From Octopus vulgaris (lineage: Eukaryota), in the NCBI GenBank assembly GCA_951406725.2, contig OX597817.1, positions 52,700,001 through 52,764,000 on the forward strand: a stretch of DNA of 64,000 nucleotides, given 5' to 3'. Within the stretch, counting starts at the first letter, position 1. Each line of letters opens with the position of its first letter. This document shows positions 30,994 to 43,622 of the stretch, in pieces. The translations under genes were made by a program, and so were the position numbers. The notes beneath the pieces are model-generated. The model searched no databases and was not told the DNA's origin. It saw only the letters and a program-made list of their open reading frames with translations.

Positions 30994-33199
30994 ATGTCTG
31001 TAATGCAAGCCATATGCTACAAATGTGTCCCAGAGAGAAAGGCCACTGTACACAAGAACAAAATCCCCAGAGAGAGGAAAATTTTAATGAGACGGCGTAC
31101 GAAATTTTCAAATCGCCTAAACAAACAGATTGAAAGCAGTGAAAAGTCCCACCTAAAAATAAAACTGTTGGAAATCGAAAAATGTCCGCAACTCTCCCAT
31201 GAAAAAGAAAGAGCAGACAAAGAAGCCTGGGCTATAGAAAACATAAAATCTAACCCCAGAGCTTTCTACAGGTATGCCAAAGAAACAGCTACAGTGCACT
31301 GTAGAATAGGGCCACTCCTCGAAAAGGATGGCACACTTACAGGAAAACCAATGAGGGTAAGTGAAATACTGAATGAGCAATTCAAGAGTGTTTTCACTCC
31401 ACCCCTTGGGCATCTCCAAATCACCAATCCAACTGACTTTTTTACCACTGCAGATATAAAATCAGAGGCGGCGACGATAGATTACATCGATATAAAGGAA
31501 GACGATGTAACCAAGGCTATAGATGAAATGAAAACAGACTCAGCTACTGGTCCCGATGGATTCCCGGCAATCCTCCTAAAAGCATGTAAGAGAGTCCTAG
31601 CAAGACCACTGCAGTTCCTCTTTCAGAGCTTCCTTGCAGCTGGCAAACTTCCAGGAAAACTGAAGGAAGGTAAAATATGCCCCATTCATAAAGGAGGCAG
31701 CAGAGCGGAAGCCAAGAACTATAGACCTATCTCTCTGACCTCACACATCAGCAAGGTCATGGAACGAATAGTCAGAAGGAAGCTGATCACCTTCCTTGAA
31801 GAGAATGACTTGCTGCCCGACACCCAACATGGTTTCCGACCAGGGAGAAGCTGTAACTCAGCTCCTACAACACTATGACTGGGTGCTGAAACGGCTGCTC
31901 AACCACTCAAATGTGGAAGTGATATATCTCGACTTTGCAAAGGCCTTTGATAAAAGTCGATCATGGAATGATATGTCACAAACTGCGTGATCTCAACATA
32001 GTTGGAAAACTGGGAGAATGGCTTCATGACTTTCTGAAGGATAGAAGTCAGGTGGTAGTAGCCAATGGGGCCACCTCCATTAACACACAAATAGTGAGCG
32101 GTGTTCCGCAGGGCACTGTTCTGGGACCACTACTGTTCATAATGGCCCTCTCAGACATGCCCTCAGCCACGCAGAAAGCCACGATCACAAGTTATGCAGA
32201 TGATACAAAAGTTTCACAGGCAATACAGAACCCTGAGGACACTAAACACCTGCAATGTGAGCTGGACGAAATATACAAGTGGGCTGAAAAGAATAGCATG
32301 CAGTTCAATGCTGGAAAGTTTCAAGCTTTTATACTATCAGCATGCAAAACTGAATGCAATACCCAATGAATACATTGGACCCGGAGGGATGCAATCCCAG
32401 AGGCACAATCAGTGCGTGACCTGGGTATTCACATGAGTGATGACGCGACCTTTCATGTACATGTTGCTAAACTGACAATGAAATGTAGACGGCTTGGCTG
32501 GATGGATTCTTTAGAACCTTTAGAACAAGAGAACAAGAAACCATGATGGTCCTCTGGAAGACACTTGTCCTAAGCCACTTTGACTATTGCTCTCAGCTAT
32601 GGTCACCATCCAGTGTCAAGTTGATCACAGAACTTGAGGCGATCCAACGAAGCTACACAAAGAAGATAGCCTCTATGCAGAATGTAAGCTACTGGGAAAG
32701 ACTCAAGAGATTAAAATTATATTCCCTGGAGCGTAGGCGGGAAAGATATGCAATAATATACATCTGGAAGATCCTAGAGGGAAGTGTCCTGAACTTTGGC
32801 ATCGAGAGTTACGCAAATGCCAGAACTGGGCGCCACTGCGTGGTGCCTAGGACTCCAAACCTGCCATCAAGATGTAGGACAAGATACTGTGATAGCCTGG
32901 GCTTCCGAGGCCCACAGCTCTTCAATATCCTCCCGAAGGACCTGAGAGACCTGCATGGGGTGGATACAGATGTCTTTAAAATGAAGCTGGATCTCTTCCT
33001 GTCAGGTGTCCCAGATGAACCAACTTCACGGCAGGAGGGGCAGATGAGGGCAGCTGCATCGAACTCTCTCATGCACCAAATAGCAGTTGCTAGAAAGCCT
33101 CCATGAAGTGAAACCAAGTAGCAACACAAAATGGCGGTGCCCCAGCATGGCCACAGCTCATAAGCTGAAACTAGAATCAATCAATCAATCAATCAATCA
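30994..33199 (+). mobile_element. (ATCA)n LINE alpha, near-duplicate of about 26372-28575
   Basis: Shares diagnostic variants (e.g. EKSHL) with 25450-28575; many 1-bp indels. Confidence 0.93.
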
Positions 33200-33288
33200 T
33201 ATATATATACGTATATAAATATATATACGTATATATATATATATATATACGTATATAAATATATATACGTATATATATATATATATAC

Positions 33289-33465
<177 letters not shown>

Positions 33466-33481
33466 CGTATATATATATATA

Positions 33482-35962
33482 TGATTGATTGATTGATTGA
33501 TTGATTCTAGTTTCAGCTTATGAGCTGTGGCCATGCTGGGGCACCGCCATTTGGTGATGCTACTTGGTTTTCACTTCATGGAGGCTTTCTAGCAACTGCT
33601 ATTTGGTGCATGAGAGAGTTCGATGCAGCTGCCCTCATCTGCCCCTCCTGCCGTGAAGTTGGTTCATCTGGGACACCTGACAGGAAGAGATCCAGCTTCC
33701 ATTTTAAAGACATCTGTATCCACCCCATGCAGGTCTCTCAGATTCATCGGGAGGATATTGAAGAGCTGTGGGCCTCGGAAGCCCAGGCTATCACAGTATC
33801 TTGTCCTACATCTTGATGGCAAGTTTGGAGTCCTAGGCACCACGCAGTGGCGCCCAGTTCTGGCATTTGCGTAACTCTCGATGCCAAAGTTCAGGACACT
33901 CCCTCCAGGATCTTCCAGATGTATATTATGGCATATCTTTCCCGCCTATGCTCCAGGGAATATAATTTTAATCTCTTGAGTCTTTCCCAGTAGCTTACAT
34001 TCTGCATAGAGGCTATCTTCTTCGTGTAGCTTCGTTGGATCGCCTCGAGCTCTGTGATCAACTTGACACTGGATGGTGACCATAGCTGAGAGCAATAGTC
34101 AAAGTGACTTAGGACAAGTGTCTTCCAGAGGACCATCATGGTTTCTTGTTCTCTTGTTCTAAAGGTTCTAAGAATCCATCCAGCCAGCCATCTACATTTC
34201 ACTGTCAGTTTAGCAACATGTACGTGAAAGGTCGCGTCATCACTCATGTGAATACCCAGGTCACGCACTGATTGTGCCTCTGGGATTGCAATCCCTCCGG
34301 GTCCAGTGTATTCCGTGGGTATTGCATTCAGTTTTGCATGCTGATAGTATAAAGCTTGAAACTTTTCAGCATTGAACTGCATGCTATTCTTTTCAGCCCA
34401 CTTGTATATTTCGTCCAGCTCATATCGCAGGTGCCTAGTGTCTTCAGGGTTCTGTATTGCCTGTGAAACTTTTGTAACATCTGCATAACTTGTGATCGTG
34501 GCTCTCCGCGTGGCTGAGGGCATGTCTGAGAAGGCCATTATGAACAGTAGTGGTCCCAAAACAGTGCCCTGTGGAACACCGCTCACTATTTGCGTGCTAA
34601 TGGAAGTGGCCCCATTGGCTACTGCCACCTGACTTCTATTCTTCAGAAAGTCGTGAAGCCATTCTCCTAGTTTTCCAACTATGCCAAGATCACGCAGTTT
34701 GTGACATATCATTCCATGATCGACTTTATCGAAGGCCTTTGCGAAGTCGAGATATATGACTTCCACATTTGAGTGGTTGAGCAGTTGTTTCAGCACCCAG
34801 TCATAGTGCTGCAGGAGCTGAGTTAAGCAGCTTCTTCCTGGTCGGAAACCATGTTGGGTGTCGGCAGCAAGTCATTTTCTTCAAGGAAGGTGATTAGTTT
34901 CCTTCTGACTATTCGTTCCATGACCTTGCTGATGTGTGAGGTCAGAGAGATAGGTCTGTAGTTCTTGGCCTCCGCTCTGCTACCTCCTTTATGAATAGGG
35001 CATATTTTACCTTCCTTCAGTTTTCTTGGAAGTTTGCCAGCTGCAAGGAAGCTCTGAAAGAGGAACTGCAGTGGTCTTGATAAGACTCTCTTACATACTT
35101 TTAGGAGGATTGCCGGGAATCCATCGGGGCCAATAGCTGAGTCTATTTTCATTTCATCTATAGCCTTGATTACATCGTCTTCCTTTATATCGAAGTAATT
35201 TATCGTCGCCGCCTCTGATTCTTGTAGGCTGCATGTCCGTGCTCTCTTTTGGCCCGTACATGGTCAGCTCTACCATGTTGTGATCCGAGAGTAGTGTCGG
35301 TGTCACTTTCACATTATGGATGAGATCCATATTATTTGTGAAGCAGAGATCCAGTGTGTTACCCGCTCTAGTTGGTTGGAGTATTACTTGCTCCATGTAC
35401 AGGGTGTTGGTGAGGTTCAGGAGGACCTCGCCTGTCCTCGTTCACATCTTGTCATTCCTGGGAGAGAAAGGCCCTGGGCCATCTGACATTCGGTAGATTG
35501 AAGTCTCCCATGAGAAGTACACTTATGTGATGTTCTAATGTGGTTAGAACTTCTTCTATTTTTAAAAGGCAGTCCTCAAACTTGCCCATATGACTTGGGG
35601 CATCTGGAGGGCGATATGTAGCACACACAACTACATCAAGTTGCCTTATGTGTACAATTAGTGTGTCACACACCGAGTTTGAGTATGACAAAAGGACCTG
35701 GGGTGTGAGGTCCCCACGGATGTACATAGCAACTCCTCCATGACTTCTTTCTTTCCTGTCGGTCCGTAGTACAACATACTGTGGTATGTGTAATTCCGCA
35801 TCTGCTATGTTCGGTTTCAGATGCGTTTCTGTGAGTGCTATGCATAAGGCTTGATTGCATGCGACAAAGTCTCTCAGGAACGGGACTTTTGTCCTGTTAC
35901 TGTGTGTTAGTAGTCCTCTGATGTTCAGTAGGAGCATCGAGGTGAGGTGTATGCTGTTGCCG
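33482..35962 (-). mobile_element. (ATCA)n LINE beta, near-duplicate of 28856-30893 with the same deletion
   Basis: Identical deletion junction and private variants (SLEHRR, CRWLAG). Confidence 0.93.
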
Positions 35963-35970
35963 ATATATAT

Positions 35971-36053
<83 letters not shown>

Positions 36054-36072
36054 TATACACATATATATACAC

Positions 36073-36185
<113 letters not shown>

Positions 36186-36613
36186 CATACATATATATAT
36201 ACATACGTATATATATACATACATATATATATACATACATATATATATACATATATACATACATATATATATATACATATATATATATACATATATATAT
36301 ATACATATATATATATACATATATATATATACACATATACATATATATATACATATATATATATACATATATATATATACATATATATATATACACATAT
36401 ATATATACATACATATATATATACATACATATATATATACATACATATATATATACATAGATATATATATACATACATATATATATACATAGATATATAT
36501 ATACATACATATATACATACATACATATATATATACATACATATATATGTATATACATATATATGTATATATATATGTATATATATATATATGTATATAT
36601 ATGTATATGTATA

Positions 36614-36742
<129 letters not shown>

Positions 36743-36795
36743 GTATATGTATATATATATATATGTATATATATATGTATATATATATGTATATG

Positions 36796-36860
<65 letters not shown>

Positions 36861-37081
36861 GTATATATATATGTATATATATATATGTATATATATATGT
36901 ATATATATATGTATATATATATATGTATATATATATGTATATATATATATGTATATATATATATGTATATATATATATGTGTATATATATATATATGTAT
37001 ATATATTTATGTATATATATTTATGTATATATATATGTATATATATATGTATATATATATGTATATATATATATGTATATA

Positions 37082-37216
<135 letters not shown>

Positions 37217-37255
37217 TATATACATATATGTATATATACATATATGTATATATAC

Positions 37256-37580
<325 letters not shown>

Positions 37581-37616
37581 ATATATATACGTATATATAT
37601 ATATACGTATATATAC

Positions 37617-37648
<32 letters not shown>

Positions 37649-38074
37649 GTATATATATATATACGTATATATATATACGTATATATATATACGTATATAT
37701 ATATATACGTATATATATATACGTATATATATATACACGTATATATATATATACACGTATATATATATATACGTATATATATATACGTATATATATATAT
37801 ACGTATATATATATATATATATATATATATACGTATATATATATACGTATATATATATATACGTATATATATATATACGTATATATATATACGTATATAT
37901 ATATATATATATATATATATACGTATATATATATATACGTATATATATATATACGTATATATATATACGTATATATATATATACGTATATATATATACGT
38001 ATATATATATATATATATATATATATACGTATATATATATATACGTATATATATATATACGTATATATATATAC

Positions 38075-38108
<34 letters not shown>

Positions 38109-38172
38109 GTATATATATATATACGTATATATATATACGTATATATATATATATATACGTATATATATATAC

Positions 38173-38216
<44 letters not shown>

Positions 38217-38366
38217 GTATATATATATACGTATATATATATACGTATATATATATATACGTATATATATATATACGTATATATATATATACGTATATAT
38301 ATATACGTATATATATATATATATATATATATACGTATATATATATATACGTATATATATATATAC

Positions 38367-38406
<40 letters not shown>

Positions 38407-38517
38407 GTATATATATATATACGTATATATATATATACGTATATATATATATACGTATATATATATACGTATATATATATATACGTATATATATATATAC
38501 GTATATATATATATACG

Positions 38518-38674
<157 letters not shown>

Positions 38675-38689
38675 GTATATATATATGTA

Positions 38690-38736
<47 letters not shown>

Positions 38737-38743
38737 GTATATA

Positions 38744-38842
<99 letters not shown>

Positions 38843-38847
38843 GTATA

Positions 38848-39157
<310 letters not shown>

Positions 39158-39208
39158 CGTATATATATATATATATGTATATATACGTATATATATATAT
39201 ATATATAC

Positions 39209-39289
<81 letters not shown>

Positions 39290-39389
39290 ATATATATGAT
39301 TGATTGATTGATTGATTGATTCTAGTTTCAGCTTATGAGCTGTGGCCATGCTGGGGCACCGCCATTTGGTGTTGCTACTTGGTTTCACT

Positions 39390-42300
39390 TCATGGAGGCT
39401 TTCTAGCAACTGCTATTTGGTGCATGAGAGAGTTCGATGCAGCTGCCCTCATCTGCCCCTCCTGCCTTGAAGTTGGTTCATCTGGGACACCTGACAGGAA
39501 GAGATCCAGCTTCATTTTAAAGACATCTGTATCCACCCCATGCAGGGTCTCTCAGGTTCTTCGGGAGGATATTGAAGAGCTGTGGGCCTCGGAAGCCCAG
39601 GCTATCACAGAATCTTGTCCTACATCTTGATGGCAGGTTTGGAGTCCTAGGCACCACGCAGTGGCGCCCAGTTCTGGCATTTGCGTAACTCTCGATGCCA
39701 AAGTTCAGGACACTTCCCTCCAGGATCTTCCAGATGTATATTATGGCATATCTTTCCCGCCTACGCTCCAGGGAATATAATTTTAATCTCTTGAGTCTTT
39801 CCCAGTAGCTTACATTCTGCATAGAGGCTATCTTCTTTGTGTAGCTTCGTTGGATCGCCTCAAGTTCTGTGATCAACTTGACACTGGATGGTGACCATAG
39901 CTGAGAGCAATAGTCAAAGTGGCTTAGGACAAGTGTCTTCCAGAGAACCATCATGGTTTCTTGTTCTCTTGTTCTAAAGGTTCTAAGAATCCATCCAGCC
40001 AGCCGTCTACATTTCATTGTCAGTTTAGCAACATGTACATGAAAGGTCGCGTCATCACTCATGTGAATACCCAGGTCACGCACTGATTGTGCCTCTGGGA
40101 TTGCAATCCCTCCGGGTCCAGTGTATTCATTGGGTATTGCATTCAGTTTTGCATGCTGATAGTATAAAGCTTGAAACTTTCCAGCATTGAACTGCATGCT
40201 ATTCTTTTCAGCCCACTTGTATATTTCGTCCAGCTCACATTGCAGGTGTTTAGTGTCCTCAGGGTTCTGTATTGCCTGTGAAACTTTTGTATCATCTGCA
40301 TAACTTGTGATCGTGGCTCTCTGCGTGGCTGAGGGCATGTCTGAGAGGGCCATTATGAACAGTAGTGGTCCCAGAACAGTGCCCTGCGGAACACCGCTCA
40401 CTATTTGTGTGTTAATGGAGGTGGCCCCATTGGCTACTACCACCTGACTTCTATCCTTCAGAAAGTCATGAAGCCATTCTCCCAGTTTTCCAACTATGTT
40501 GAGATCACGCAGTTTGTGACATATCATTCCATGATCGACTTTATCAAAGGCCTTTGCAAAGTCGAGATATATCACTTCCACATTTGAGTGGTTGAGCAGC
40601 CGTTTCAGCACCCAGTCATAGTGTTGTAGGAGCTGAGTTAAACAGCTTCTCCCTGGTCGGAAACCATGTTGGGTGTCGGGCAGCAAGTCATTCTCTTCAA
40701 GGAAGGTGATCAGCTTCCTTCTGACTATTCGTTCCATGACCTTGCTGATGTGTGAGGTCAGAGAGATAGGTCTATAGTTCTTGGCTTCCGCTCTGCTACC
40801 TCCTTTATGAATGGGGCATATTTTACCTTCCTTCAGTTTTCCTGGAAGTTTGCCAGCTGCAAGGAAGCTCTGAAAGAGGAACTGCAGTGGTCTTGCTAGG
40901 ACTCTCTTACATGCTTTTAGGAGGATTGCCGGGAATCCATCGGGGCCAGTAGCTGAGTCTGTTTTCATTTCATCTATAGCCTTGGTTACATCGTCTTCCT
41001 TTATATCGATGTAATCTATCGTCGCCGCCTCTGATTTTATATCTGCAGTGGTAAAAAAGTCAGTTGGATTGGTGATTTGGAGATGCCCAAGGGGTGGAGT
41101 GAAAACACTCTTGAATTGCTCATTCAGTATTTCACTTACCCTCATTGGTTTTCCTGTAAGTGTGCCATCCTTTTCGAGGAGTGGCCCTATTCTACAGTGC
41201 ACTGTAGCTGTTTCTTTGGCATACCTGTAGAAAGCTCTGGGGTTAGATTTTATGTTTTCTATAGCCCAGGCTTCTTTGTCTGCTCTTTCTTTTTCATGGG
41301 AGAGTTGCAGACATTTTTCGATTTCCAGCAGTTTTATTTTTAGGCGGGACTCTTCACTGCTTTCAATCTGTTTGTTTAGGCGATTTGAAAATTTCGTACG
41401 CCGTCTCATTAAAATTTTCCTCTCTCTGGGGATTTTGTTCTTGTGTACAGTGGCCTTTCTCTCTGGGACACATTTGTAGCATATGGCTTGCATTACAGAC
41501 ATGAATTGTTGAAGTTTCACGTCGATGTCTGGCGAGGAGAGACATTTAGGCCAGTTTTGTTTGAGGATCTCTTTCTCAATTTGTTTCCAGTTTGCCTTAT
41601 GGTAGTTCAAGCTGGAAAGATTTTGAGGTTTCTTGTAGGCTGCATGTCCGTGCTCTCTTTTGGCCCGTACATGGTCAGCTCTATCATGTTGTGATCCGAG
41701 AGTAGTGTCGGTGTCACTTTCACATTATGGATGAGATCCATGTCATTTGTGAAGCAGAGATCCAGTGTGTTACCTGCCCTGGTTGGTTGGAGTATTACCT
41801 GCTCCATGTACAGGGTGTTGATGAGGTTCAGGAGGGACCTCGCCTGTCCTCGTTCACATCTTGTCATTCCTGGGAGAGAAAGGCCCTCGGGCCATCTGAC
41901 ATTGGGCAGATTGAAGTCTCCCATAAGAAGCACACCTATGTGTTGTTCTAATGTGGTTAGAATTTCTTCTATTTTTATAAGGCAGTCTTCAAACTTGCCC
42001 ACATGGCTTGGGGCATCTGGAGGGCGATATGTAGCACACACAACTACATCAAGTTGCCTAATATGTACAATTAGTGTGTCACACACCGAGTTTGAGTATG
42101 ACAAGAGGACCTGGGGTGTGAGGTCCTCACGGATGTACATAGCAACACCTCCATGACTCCTTTCTTTTCTGTCGGTCCGTAGTACAGCATACTGTGGTAT
42201 GTGTAACTCCGCATCTGCTATGTCCGGTTTCAGGTGCGTTTCTGTAAGTGCTATGCATAAGGCTTGATTGCATGCAACAAAGTCTCTCAGGAACGGGATC

Positions 42301-42494
42301 TTTGTCCTGTTACTGAGTGTTTGCAGTCCTCTGATGTTCAGTAGGAGTATCGAGGTGAGGTGTACGTTGTTGCCGGCGGTGTCCATCCTATGTCTGTTTG
42401 CTGTGGTGGTCTGGTATATAGTGGGTAGTCCCACCTGCGGGCTTGGGTTTGATGAAGCCAGGTCAGCTGCTGTACAATCTTTTGTGCCATTCAC
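39390..42494 (-). CDS. ORF2: APE endonuclease + reverse transcriptase
   Basis: ORFs 41607-42494 and 39517-41610; 1-bp homopolymer indels near 41627 and 39545 relative to sibling copies. Confidence 0.92.
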
Positions 42495-43248
42495 AAAAAA
42501 GATTGTTGCTCAGCAGCTGCTCTTTCGACAACATCATGTTGGCTGTTTGTGGCGCGCACAACATCTGCGTACCTCCGCTTTGGGGCAGGTGGTGCGTAGT
42601 CTATCCCTTTTCTTTGTGTTGATGGTTTGTCCATCTGCCTCGTGTCTCTGTGGCAGGGTCCCCGATGTGCAAAGCGGCAGCCTGCACCTTCCTTTCCGTG
42701 CCAGCAGGAACCTCTCAGGTAGAACATACACACCCGTGTGCGCTGTTTGGTTCCATCCTTTGCGGTTCCACTTCTACTCCTGGTTGTTTCTCTCTTTGGT
42801 CCTGCTTGAGCTTTTCTTTTCCTTTAGCTCTTCCAGTCCTTCTTTTAGTTCTTCTTCCTCCCTCTACCTCTTCACTGGGTTCTCCGTCTCCATGGCCCTT
42901 GCTGCCGGTTGGAGAACTTGCACCTGGGTTCACTTCCCGGGCAGGTTTCTCATTCAAAACCTCCTCCTGGGCGCCCACCAGGTGGGGGTGACTTCTTTCA
43001 TCGTCTCCATTCTTGCCATCTTTGCCCCGCTCGTTCTCAAAGATGGCATCAAGTGCGCCAATGTGCGACCGTACAAGCGCATATGAGCGCACGAATTCCT
43101 GTCTCTTTCGCTCCATCTGAGCCGCTGTCCTCTTGTAGCCTCTGCTCTTCAGCGCAGCCGCAATCACCTCGCTAGGGCTATCTCCGCCGGCGCACTCCCA
43201 TGCTCGTACGAATAAATCCAGCTCGTCAGGTCTCCATGCTCTGGACAT
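42491..43248 (-). CDS. ORF1: Myb/SANT(trihelix)-like domain, charged linker, CCCH-type zinc finger
   Basis: WRPDELDLFVRAW..IAAALKSRGYKRTAAQMERK..Y; CMFYLRGSCWHGKEGAGCRFAH after restoring one base near 42734. Domain calls are by eye. Confidence 0.7.
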
Positions 43249-43489
43249 GCTGGATAATCCGTCTATCCGTTTATCTATCTAATTATGTTCGAGAGAAGAC
43301 AGGAAGATATTAAGGCTAATTAGAAGATAGAGTACTTGAAAAAGAAGTATTAACAATATTAAAGTTTGTGTAAAAACGTTATTTGGGTAAAAACGTTATT
43401 TAATCTTAAGGCTAATTAGGAGATAGAGTATCTGAAAATATATTAGCAATATTAATATTATATTAGAGTGTGGGTAAAAAAAAATATAC

Positions 43490-43521
<32 letters not shown>

Positions 43522-43622
43522 ATATACGTATATATACGTATATATATATATGTATACGTATATATATATATATATATATACGTATATATATATATACGTA
43601 TATATATATATATATATACGTA

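Larger units (their letters stand above)
39297..43478 (-). mobile_element. Apparently full-length (ATCA)n LINE alpha, ~4.2 kb
   Basis: AT-rich 5'UTR, ORF1, APE-RT ORF2, 3'UTR and tail; flanked by (TA)n. Confidence 0.93.

Noticed and set aside
42268-43086. 272-aa plus-strand ORF and other antisense ORFs over LINEs
   Set aside because: Shadow frames of the LINE coding strand with no recognisable motifs.
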